Shown here in pieces: positions 15,221 through 28,000 of a stretch of 64,000 bases of DNA (position 1 is the first letter of the stretch; each line of letters opens with the position of its first letter). Below the pieces are notes generated by a model. That model saw only the letters and a list, made by a program, of their open reading frames with translations, made no database searches and had not been told where the DNA came from. The position numbers and the translations under genes were made by a program. The stretch lies in assembly GCA_030141605.1 (NCBI GenBank), contig JAQGDQ010000026.1, forward strand, positions 620,001-684,000. The letters run 5' to 3'. Origin of the DNA: Tubiluchus corallicola (Eukaryota; Animalia; Priapulida).

Positions 15221-15937
15221 CGTGCGTGCGTGTCTGCGTGTATGTATATCATATACATCTAGACAAAGTTAATTTTAAAGCTAACAGAGTTAACAGTTAG
15301 CAACATATTTAGATCATAAATACAGGCTTCATGCAGCATTTAATAACCATACTGCGCAAACCAAAAAATCTATGCAAATTAGATTGGTATGATTCATTCA
15401 CAGATGCTTATGAAGTGGAGATGTGTTATTTGAGAACAACGCTACAAATTCAACAATGTGACTAGTTACTAACTTGCATGTGATGAGAGAAATACTAGGA
15501 CATATTATTTTTTAATTCAGGTATGGCTTGTATGGCACTCCTCTTGAAGCAGATTTGTTTGACACTGAGCCACCTACCGTATGCAGATCGTCGTCGCCCC
15601 AGTCGTATGCTGCAGCTGTCATGGCCTCTAGCAATCAGCAGAGCAGCTGCATGAGTAGTGCGCATCAGAGCTCAGAGGCCCTTGATTTCCGCAACTTGAT
15701 TTGTGGTAACAGTGATAAGGAGCTTCGCGAATTGTACAATTTGACTTCTCAGCAGGTAGAACTATTGTGCGATATTTATTGATGATAGTGATACTTTGTT
15801 AATGTTCTTAATCATTGTGTGTTGTTTATGTGACTGTGGCTGTTTATGTTGTGTGACTGTTTTATTTATGTTTCTTGTCAAGATATAATTCTATTATGTA
15901 TTGCATTAGAGAAAACATCATCAGCATCATCTTTTTG

Positions 15938-16013
<76 letters not shown>

Positions 16014-19000
16014 CTGCTTGTACAACATCATCCCATACTATCTGGGATGGTGGATGAGTCCCCTTTAACTGACAGAAGTGTAAAATTGATGATTGTTGAA
16101 TATCGAAATGCACTGATTCGTATACTTGGCATACCATGTAACTCTCATTCTAAAATGATGATTACGATTACTGAAACTTCCTCTGAATTTTTAATTGCCA
16201 AGAGAAGGTTCACTGTTGGCATGTATAAATCGGTGAAGAAATCCTGTTTTAAAAACACTGTCACTTTTACGCAAAAATTCTACATGTACAACCCTAGAAG
16301 TGAATAGGATATTTTATCTCCCAAAATATTTCCACTTTTAATAACATTGCTTGTAGTAATTGTGATATATTTGCTTATGAGCTATGCTGTCTTACTGAAG
16401 GGGTAAACCACCTACCTGGCTTTTGATATGAAGAAATGCATCAGATTTTGTATTATATTATAACTAACTAATGTAAATCGGTAAATTATTAATAATAATA
16501 ATTTAATAATTAGTGTAGATTATTACTAACAAAAATAAAATGTTTTATATATATATATATTGTTGCTTATGCCTTGTCATGTTTATTTGTTTTATTGCTA
16601 TTAGTACTGTCATTATCGTTATGATTGCCAATAGCATTATTTCTCACATTAAGCACAAGTAAGCTTTCTTCTGTCTCACAGGTCAAGGGAATTTTGGAAG
16701 TTGAGCCTTTACACTTTGTAAATGTTTCTGCCAGTGATGGTACAAAGATGGAGACTTTAGTACAACATCATCCCATACTATCTGGGACGGTGGCTGGGTC
16801 CCCTTTAATCTGTAGCCTTCTTGATGGACCACTTCCTGTTCCTGCAGTAGCTCCACCTCTACCATTTTCTACTGGAGCAAAGAATACTGACAATATGAAC
16901 GAAGACTGGAAGTGGAAGGTATTCATGACATTTTTAACCAGTTTTGTGTGGGTTGACGTTAGTGCATTGATATCACTTACAATCTATTTCTAGTGTTTTT
17001 ATTGAACTAAAGATCCTTTATAACAGATTGTTTTGAATTTCCAGTGTTCTTTTTAATTTTTTAAGAATTATTTGCAGACTAAATCCTATTTTTGTTTGTA
17101 ATTTCATATTTTTTAGAGACTTAATTACAAATTATCTTTCTTTGCAGAATAAAACATTCTTTTTATAACAAGAAAAGGGAACTAATTCCTTTTGGCACAT
17201 TTTTCTCATCAGTAGTAACTGTATGTGTCTTTTTTGTAAAGGTATGAGTTTATGGTTGTTAGAATTATTTGTACGTAACCATAAAATATATTTTAGGTGA
17301 TGACAGTAGGTCCTGCAACACAGTTCAATCCACCAAATGTACCCTTCTCACAGATTAATCCATCACCTACTACACCTTTCTGGTCAGTTCCATCGACTGC
17401 AACTATGCACTACAAGCCGGCTGGAATACAGTACAAGCCTGGCGTGATGCAGTACAAACCTGGAGTAAACAAAGATGATCAGATTCATCAGACTTTACAG
17501 ACAATGAACGAGCAAGCAAATCAGAAGTTGCAGATGGTTCAGCTGGCAAAGGAACAGTATGCTGATGCGCAAGAGAAACTTTTGCAGGCTAAGATGCAAA
17601 TTGGGAAAATGCTGAAAACAAAATGGGTAGGTGTTAAGATAGAATGTGGACTGGTACTTGTTTTTTTTGTTATGACCACCAGTACTTTATACAACACTCA
17701 CTGAGCTATTGATCTCACAGACACAGACTTGTTGATGCAAGCCTACATATTTTGGCACTTGTAACTTTTGTCAAGATTTGTTTTAAAAATTTTTCCCCAT
17801 TTGATAAAATTACTTCAAATGTCCAAAGGTTGTACTAGTTTTTTTAATTAAACTAAACTAAAACATGTTGTATCTAACTTATTTTTTGCAACATTTTTAG
17901 AGTAACTGAATTTTTAACATTGCCAGATGGTCATGTGGCTGTATGTTTATTTTTTATGCCTGAAGTAATTTGTAAATTCATAACGTTTAAAAATTCTCTA
18001 AATAAGAAGCATTTAAAACACAAGACATTATGCAATGAATTAGTAAGTAGCATAAGTAAAATAGCTGCTGTTGCTATAAAAATTTTAAAAAAAGATGATT
18101 TTAGGATTACTTGTACAAAATTTTGTCCAATTCTCTCAGGTATGGCTATCAGATTTCCACCTCATGTGACACTTGTGGCACAGCTTAAAGTAAGAGCTTG
18201 TTGCCCAAACCTCTTACTTAAATGACATTCTGAAACATTAATACTGTGAAACAGTGTATAACACCTTATTTATCTCCACAGCAGCATGCTGTCAGTGTTT
18301 ACTTTTGCCGTGACATTACTAATACTTACGGCATTTCGCTTTCCTATTACTAAATTTATTGCAAAGTTCAGCTGGTCTTGGAATATGCTTTCTTGGTAAT
18401 TGATGCTAAATTCTTGGTAATTGATGTATTCATAATTTCAGGGAAATGAAACAAAGTACCTGAAAGGAAAGCAAAGTGCTATTGGACAAACCTATGATAC
18501 TGTTTTTTCACCACCCGTTAATTTAGCAGAATCTGGTCTTCTTTTTGGTGCTCAGGAGTCGAAACCAGTTCACAAATCGGCAACATCTGCTAAAAAGGTA
18601 TTTAATTTGATTTTCAGTCAACAATGTCAAGACTCAGTGCTTTGTTTTGTTTGTATGATCCATTGTTTATCAGTCAATTTTTGAAACTGCAGAATGCTTG
18701 AATCCTTTGTTACCCAAACGTTTATTTTCTGTAAACCGTCACATCTTTATAAAATATCTATAGTCTACAGGCACTCAAATTCATACATTGTTTAATTCTG
18801 CAACATTTTGTTAGACAGGACACGCTACAATATGGATTAAGCGAAATTATTTTCAGTCTATTTTGTTAATTGCTGATTCCTTTGTGCAAATGGTTTGGAC
18901 CAAAAATAGACACATTCAATTTTTAATCAATTGTTCATTATATTTATCATGCACAACACCTTTGGTTTTAGGATCTTGCACAAGTTGCCTCAGTTGGTTT

Positions 19001-22000
19001 ATCAGCACAGTTGCTTCAGCTGCCTGTTCCACAAGCTCTTGTTATTGAGAGAATGCATTCAGGTAATTTAAGCTTATTTTCATAACAACTCATTTTAATA
19101 TAGCTCTACCTATGTTTGTTTCCTTTGTATACTTTTGTTAGCTTATAGATAGAAAAAAGATACTTGGTCTTGAGAGCTAAGTTTTATAAGCGTAGTCGAT
19201 AATTCGAAGTTTTATACATTTGTGATGGTTTTAGTAAAAATTTTAAAATTAAAATTTTTCTGCTTCTTTTTTGAAAGTGTGATGGAGATATTCTGTAATT
19301 CATATATATTCTTTTTACATTGGTAGGAATAATCATGCTCTGTTTATACTTGCAGTTCGAACCTTATAACCACGAAATATGCTCCAAAAGTTTCTCCACA
19401 ATGGAAATGTTACAAATAGTTAATTTAGGGTCACCTTTAAAACATGACATCCGAAGTCAACAAATCTTTTTTGTTAATAAGATTATGATTGTGAATGCTA
19501 TAATTTTCATAAACCATTACAGTTTGTTTCGCAGCAATTATTCAGTATTCCTTTCTTTCTTCAACTCATTATCCACAATAATAAAGAAAGGAGATGCTGA
19601 ATAATTCCTGGGAAACAAACTGTAATGGTTTATGAAAATGCTGGCCTCCACATTCGTAATCTTACTAAAGATACACTCATATCTCGATTTGCCAAAGAAA
19701 AGCGGGGAGTCATCGGTCCGATTTTGCCGATTGTCCATATTTGAAGAGATTTGTAGGTGCCGTGTATTAGACTCACAGTAATGTAGAATCAATCGCTTAA
19801 TTGTCTCAAAGACATTCCAAAATATGGGCCGCTCCTATGCAAGAGTATATTAAAACTGTCAGCAGTTGACTCAAATAAATCTGCAAAATTGACTCTAAAT
19901 CACTTACACATTGATTAAACCACTAAACATGCTGACATACAAGCTACACGTGTTGTTACACGTTGCTTGGATGTAAACAAAGTGACGGCCTGTCAAATAG
20001 CAGTCAGCTCGCGAAATAACAGACTGGGTCAGTAGTATCCGGGGCTTTTTAACAGTCCAGGTTTTGTCCGATTCTGCTGATATCCGAGGTCCAGCAAGCC
20101 GAGATATGAGTGTATCATTAATTGCCAGCTAATATGAAGAAGTTGATACGACAAATCTTTTTTTATTTAGAGATTTAGTTTTAATTGCATATTCCTTGAC
20201 ACCCTTGACATCTAAAATAATAAAAAGGATTATTTACCATTTCTTCTTCTCCCAAAAAGCAGGACAAAATTTTTGTTTCTTCTTTCCAGTGCAACCTGTA
20301 TGTACAACAGTTTACAGCATTTGTAAAAAAAAATTATCATAAATGTGCCAACTGTACCATGCATGCATTTCTTTTCTTTGCAGGTGCACGGAGGTTTGTT
20401 GTGTTAGATTTTGCAAAGCCTGTTGCTCTCACAGATCTGATCATTCCTGCCGCCAGCGAATTGTCGTCTCTTTCAATTGACACTTGGGTTCAAGGGGAGG
20501 AGTTCGATGGGCAGCGACTTGTTGTTTGTCCAGACATTGGCATTCGCAGTTTGGTCCTGAATGATATGCAGCCACCTGCTGTTTGCAGATACTTGAAAGT
20601 AAGATTGCTTTTCTATGCAATGCATTTTTCGGTATTTACAGCTTTTCTGCTCTTCTGAGGAAACTTAATAAGATGATGAATTCCCTGAGTTTGTGGACCT
20701 TATACCATCATGCAAATGTCCGTCATCTGTTCACAGTTTTAGTTTAAGCCAGTTATAATTGAACCACATGGGGTAGTCTTGAGATTTTTGGTATGGGTTA
20801 ACTCTGGGACAAGTTATTGGTCAAGGCCAAACGTCATCCCAAGGGCATACCTAGAACAGGGGCAAACAGCTGTTCAGGAATGGTAGCCGTAATGGAAGGA
20901 TTTGAGTCAATTCAGTGTGAGGAATTACAGTGGCCTGTTACATACTGACAACCCAACATAAGACGAAATGAATTTTATCCCCTCCCCCATAGGTGCCAGA
21001 ATGATGGGTAAAATGGGAGAATTCTTGAGTTCAGTGCGAGAGAAATTAGAATGTCCTGCCACCTACTGACTATCCATCTATAACAAAAATATTAATGGGC
21101 AGAGAGGATCCTGGATTCAAACAGTTGCAGCTAGAGTGTTATTAAGTTAGATTTTGTCTCGCAAAATGACAAATGTAGGTACTAGAACTATATAACGAGT
21201 GAAGACTTTTGGGCAATGGTATTCAGTGACCCTGGGACAAAGGTAAAAATTGCAGAATGTGGTAAAAAATGGCAGTTACCAGAGGGGCGCAGTTTGTGGA
21301 TTTGCAGATTCATTTGGACCCAAATCTGCAGATTTTTTAGGGATTTGTAGACTGCAGACCTATTCTGCTTGCGGACCTGGCGGAGTCACCGACTCAGTCT
21401 ATTTCTTAAGTTTTGTTTGCAGATCCGGGCTTCAAAACTGTAATAATTAAGTTTTCTGTAAGCTTATATGAGTTTTTTCCTAATGTGCAGACCAGAAACT
21501 CACATAAATAGTTAAAATAGTTGACTTCATCTGATAAGTCATTCCAACCCGCAGATGTCGAAATAAGGAATTACTTGTTAAAAATTCAACTTGGGCGTCT
21601 GAAGGACACACGACTTGATCATATTAATTCATTGTCTCAGTTTCAAAGATTATTCTTATTCTTAACACAAATATTCCTGTTTGTGTTAGATCCCTGTGGA
21701 GTCCCGGAGCTAGCTGCTGTGTAGGGTCTGCAGATCTCACGAAGTCTCGGAACTGACCTTTGCAGACCTTGCAGATTTACTGACCCAAAATAACTGCATG
21801 CAATATCTCTGCCAGCTACATGACACTTGCTGTGCAAAATTTAGACATGAAAACAGTTTGACCTGGTTTGAGGTTCATTGGGTTCATTGAAAATAGGGTT
21901 CATTGCATACTTTTATTGCGTATCAGAATTTGTAAACAAAATTTGGCCAGAGGAAACGATCTTGTGTCAAACGTCAAGATGCTCAAGGTGTCAGCCAAGT

Positions 22001-25000
22001 CAGGGGACCTATGGCGTCATTAATGCTCTAGATTAATGCTCTAATCACAGAGCAGAAGTGACTGAGATATTGGCCTGAACAGTTTGCTTAGATTTAGATT
22101 TGTGTTTAATAATTTTAAAGATTGCACTGCCTCGAAAGCATGCAACGTGAAACTTAATAATTCTTTTTAGAATATCAGTTGTTTTTTATTGGCAATAATT
22201 ATTCAGAACTGATTAAGTTGAAAAATAGTTGCTGATAGAAAAGAGCTTAGGTATTAAAAAAACTTAAACTTAATTTGTTTTGTAATCTGCTTTTAAAATA
22301 TCTTCTTATTTTTTCTTCATTTTATAAAATGGTTCTAGCATAAGATACAACTAACTATTAGATTCATGTTTATAATCATGTCAGCATAATTTAACCTAAA
22401 CTTAATTAATTAGTGTTACTTTTTTAGGTTACAGTTGTTGGTCGATATGGAGTGACGACAAGTAGATGCCGCATTCCTATTGGCTGGTTTTATGGGCACA
22501 GTTTCTTGCTGCCTGGTGAACAAGCAAAATTCTATGTTGCTTCTAATGATTCTAAGTCCTCTAGTAGTCCAGCGGCTATAAGCACTGATAGTGACCAGCT
22601 GCTCGCTAGCATCAAAGTCTTGACAACACTACAGGTAAATACAACATTATTAGTATATTTCAGAGTAACAATGATTTTATTAGTAGTGCTCCTGTTTAAT
22701 ATGTAAATAAATAGAACTTACATTGCAGTTTGTAAGCCAGAAGCATTGTTAGTAGTCAATTTGCCATTTGAGACATAGCACAATAATCCAAATAAAAATG
22801 TAGTATGTAGTAGCACAGTATTTCACTTTAATTCAAACTTGACTTAAGAAAAGTAGTCAAAGTAAATTGAGTGTTTTTCTACAGTGGCTTTGCCTGATAT
22901 TAATTTTACAAAAAACTGAAACATTTTGAGAATTGCCCATAGTCACTGTATTCGTTGTTACTTTGATGTTTGTTGTTACCTTTTGTCGGATTTTTTCTTT
23001 TAGGAGGATCTACAGTGTCGGTACAGTCTGGCCTGCTCTCGTTTAGATTCACTAATTAGTCAGTTGGACATTCTTTCGAACAATGCTAGTCATGCTCAGT
23101 ACTTTCTACAGAATGAAACAGCTAAGCAAGATGACAATAGAATTGAACAGCTTTACAGTGACTGCACACAGTTACAGCTACAATTGAACGTGTGCCAGCG
23201 CGCCATTGATCGTTTATACTTGGCCGTTGGTAGCCTCGATGCAAAGTTAGAAGCGAGTATTAGTACAAGTAGACTGTATGTCATTGGCGAGCTACTAATT
23301 AGGACATTGCTGAGTTTGACGCTACTGACACCAACTGCTCCCATTTTACCGTCATCTCTTTGCGCAACTTTTTCTCAGTCTTGCTGCGATGTGCTGTTCC
23401 GACATATCTGTCTCAACGGATCTCCAAAGATGATGCTGAATTGTGGTATGCTGTTGGCAAGAGTGTGCGGAACATTGCCTTGGTGGGGAGACTTTCTTGC
23501 TAACATTTTTCAAGAGTTTTTCAGTTCTCAGCAAGCTACAGTTTTTCCTCAGGACAGGTAAGGATAGAATAAGTGAAAAGTCCCTTTGATGAGTACCAAG
23601 TATGGAGATACGGTTGGAGTGTATTAACATTATGATAAACTAGATCAGAACATGTCACGTAACTAATTTTGACAGTATACCTTTGCTATCTTCCATATAA
23701 GTTAAAAATTAATTGGCAATTGGCAATGATGTGGTTGTACGTCAAATTATAACTTTATTGTTTTTTAGCACAAAATTAAATTAACTTTCAATTCACGCAA
23801 GTAATTTTTATTTTGCGAACAGTTGTAATGCTGAGTCGCAACCTTGGTTTACTTAGAAAAATAATAACTAGCAACAATAATAATTTTAACTCGTGTAGAC
23901 TCGCAGCACTTATAACGATGCTTATAAAAATCAGAGTACTGCTACCTGTAGTTTATGGCACATAACCTTTGTGTCTCAACAACTGCGTAACATATTGATT
24001 GTTGTATGTTGCGTAGCATATTATATGTTCCTATTGATATTGTAGGATCTTCATGTTGTTATGTACACTTGGTCAAAAATCTCAAGTTAGCCGTGGAGAC
24101 TCCTGCATTCTTGAATGTCTATTACTTCAATTAAATAAGCTTCTGGGACCACTGCTCATGGATGATAAAGGTTTTGTGAGAGGTAGTATTTATTTTTCTT
24201 TAATTTATTATCTTTCATGTAGTTTTTTCTATATGCAAAGTGATTTCTACGATGAAACTGGTTAATTAATTTTTTTGGGTAACTTTTCAGGTACCGTAGA
24301 TTTGTCATTGATCAGCTGGTTATTGTTGTTTTTGTCATATCTCTTGGATACAAGTTTGGATAATGGAACTGAAAGTAGACAAGAGCAGGACAAAGCCGGA
24401 GGACATAGGGAGTCTGGTAAGATCTGATGTTGTGAAGCTCTTGGATTTATTTATATGTGTATATGTATATGTATTTATGTGTATGTATGTATGTATGTAT
24501 GTATGTATATTGTACAATACAGTGCAATTCAATGCAGTACAATACAATGCAATGCAATACAGTGCAATATAATACAAAACATTACAATATAATACAATAT
24601 ACTGAGACAATATACCTAAATGATTGGTTCAGCAGCATCATGCAATACCATTTTACAAAAGAACAATACATTTAAAAAAAGTATAAGATCGTAAATGAAT
24701 AAACTGAATAGTCGAGTACAGTAATCATAAGTTAATATATTATTTTTCAAGTTAATTGCACGTATTAAAATTTAATAGATAATAGATACACTCTGTTACC
24801 TAATATAATTTAATTAGTGTACTACTAAGCAAATATTTAATTATATGTACCTTTTTTCTTTTACAAGTTTCTTTATTAAAACATTTCGTTTTAAATTATG
24901 ACTACTTTAGATTATAACTAAAGCAAATATTTGCTAAAAATGCCAGAATTATATATTCTTTGATTACTACTGTAAAAATTCATCTAGAAGTTTTACTTAT

Positions 25001-28000
25001 ATATTAAGGAACATATATGAGTTTTACTGTGTATTTTTAGCTCCCTCAGCAAGTAGATGGAGTTTCATGCAGGGTCGCTCAGCGAGTGAAGGCACAGGTC
25101 AAACATTGTCTAAAGGACGATCAACTATCAGTCAGCAGTATCGTAAGAAACTCCACAAACGTTTAATCACACATCAGCAACAACTCACTGACTTGCAGCA
25201 AACTAAAATAATGGCTAAAAAACTGATAACATCAATGGAGAAAGGTGGAACTACAGAAGATGTAGACACTGCAGTCAAGAATACAGAAAACTTACTGAAG
25301 AAACAGTTGCGCCAACATGAAGCAAAGGTAGATTAAATTGTATTCTCAGTAATCTACCATGTTTGCACTGTGTTGACGTCTTGTCATTTACTAATGACAT
25401 TGATATTGATACAGAGTTATCATTTTCATTGCTTCCAAATAAGGGAAATTTTTTGTAGAACTGGTGCATGTTTTTGTTTTTTATTGTGCTACAAATTAGC
25501 TGTTGGCAGTTTTATGGGTTTGCTAGGTGGCACTAAGCTGTATTTAGGTTGGAATAATACAGTGACTGAAATAACAGGCTACGGTAGTTTCCTGACAGTA
25601 TTATGTAATACGATATTTTGCAGAATAAAATTTTGTCCAGTGTATATGCAACACTATCGTGCTGTTTAAATTAGCATTGTTTTTGTCACTACTAGTGCCA
25701 TCACCATGTATTTGCTTTAATTAAGTTAGATGCTCTAAAGCAGTGGTTTCCTAACTTCTCCATAAACAAATTTATTTAACAGTGTTAGCTGTGTCAGCAA
25801 TATGGAAGGGTAACTCAACATCTCATCAGTAACCATAGTAACATAGTTCATTGCCTATGCAGTTATTGTTAATGGGATGGATGTACTTGGTGGAAGGGAT
25901 ATCAACTTCTCAACATCAGGTTGGAACTCACTAACTTGGCTTGGAAAGAGCCAAGGCGACTGCACTGAATCCCTGTTTTATTGAATATGATGTTGGGAAG
26001 GCAGTAAAGTACTTCTTGACCTTATTCCACAATACATATATTTTGTTATTCAGATTTTGTAAAAAACAAAGTTATTTATTAACTGCTCTTAATGCTACCC
26101 TGTTGCCCCCTACTGCCCACCTCCAGATCTTTCCATCACCCCCAGGGCCCATTGCCCACTTTGGGAAATACTGCTCTACAGGGTATCATACAGATAATGT
26201 TATGTTTTGATTTTTAGTGGCACGTTTATTATAGGCAATTTTTTTTACAAAACTTAAATCAAGGAAACTTATTCTTTGTTGCTCGGTAATTTTCTTTACA
26301 GCACTTCATGGACATTATGCAGATGCGACGCACAGACGGTACGCTACTTACAAGACCAGCGAGTTCCGGAAATCTGAATGGTTCAGCTGTTGCAGAAGGT
26401 GAAGCTAGTGTGATTACTGATGCTGATTTAAGTATGTGCTTAGCCAGAGATACATTTGTTCCAGTCATGCAACGCATGGTAGTGCTTATGCTTAGTATGG
26501 ATTTCACATGTAATGCTGATCTCTTTCTACTTACGGCAAAGGTAAAACTTGTTGATTTTTGATTTGTATTTGTTCACAAAGTTGGTAGTACCATTGAGAT
26601 TAATAACAAGTAACATATATTAACCTGATGTGATGGTACACTTAAGTGCTTCATTTACTTTATTTAAACACTTTAGTAGTGCAAAACAGAACCACAGATT
26701 CCACAGATCTTTTCCCTGGTGATCCTCAGTAGAGTACTTCAGGAAAAAAGCGAGTTTTAAACTTAAATACAGGCAAAACAAAGTTTTTAAGCATTTCAAA
26801 ATAAATGTCCAGTGTACATACTTCTGCCATACATTAGTTCTCCTAATTAGCTCACTAGGCAAATTTAACATTGTGTTGAACCTGCCAATCCATAACACAC
26901 AGCCAAACCTATTGTTGCCTCTGAGCTGATTCTCCCAACTAAAGAGTAGTGTTATTTACAGTTTTGCATGCCTCTGTTATCAAAAGTACATATGGAGAAC
27001 ATCACAAATGCTATACGATAGAATAACTCAGCATATTCCTAAATAAATATTGAATGTCTCTGAGATGCGATGGGTACAGCCATGCAGGGTTTGCAGAGCA
27101 TCAGCATTTCATATTTAGGTTTAGGTAGATGCTGACTTTGGGTCAGCCATTAGGACTCGCCTGTTATCGTCACCTGACTGTGCTGCCCTCTTACGTGCTG
27201 AGATGTTTTCATAGTGCAATGTTAATACAACATAGGCATGACAAACATCTAAATGCCATGGAATCTCTTTACGTTAAACAATATAAACCAGTGTTATGTA
27301 AGCAGAAAAGAACATCTCTATACATTAAAACTGCTTTGATTAAGCAATCATTTATTGTACATTTCACTTTTGTACAAAGTAATCATGTTCTTACAGAAAT
27401 AGAAAACTTAAATTTTATGTTGTTTCCTTTTCATTAGTTCTCGATCATTATGCAAAACTAATGATTTTGTCGAATACTAGATTCTCACGCATATTGTTGT
27501 TACTCATGTTGCTTATAAAGAATTGTTGCCACACATTGATCATCTCTGCTGCTCACTTGTTGGTCATAAAGAATTGGTAAATTTGGCCACATTAAATGAT
27601 TTGGTTTGTCATCAAAAATGGCAATGTAATTACTTAAAACGCTTAAAAACATTTGTTTATCCATATTTAAGTGCAAAGCTCACTTATTTTCCTGAAGGAT
27701 TCTGCTAAAGAGCATCAGGCAAATGATGTATCATACTTGTGGTTGTGTTTTGCATTATTGAAGAATTTAAATGTTGCAAATTATGTACTTATGTGCACCG
27801 TTATATGTCTTAAGGTGTATTAATGTCCAAGATTATATAATGGAAGTACTGTGTAAGTATTTTGCTTGTAATGTGCAGTGAATAATTTTGATTTTGCTGT
27901 ATCAGTTACCATTTTGATTTTGATGATTACAGTTTCTAACAGTGTCACTGCTTTGAATGATATGTTTGGGAATATACAGTAAGTCCACGCTTAACGACAC

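Noticed and set aside
15862-16137. Poly-Ile ORFs on both strands
   Set aside because: Artefact of the (ATT)n repeat.
24452-24600. Regularly spaced short repeats as a CRISPR-like array
   Set aside because: Simple microsatellites without unique spacers, in a eukaryotic intron.
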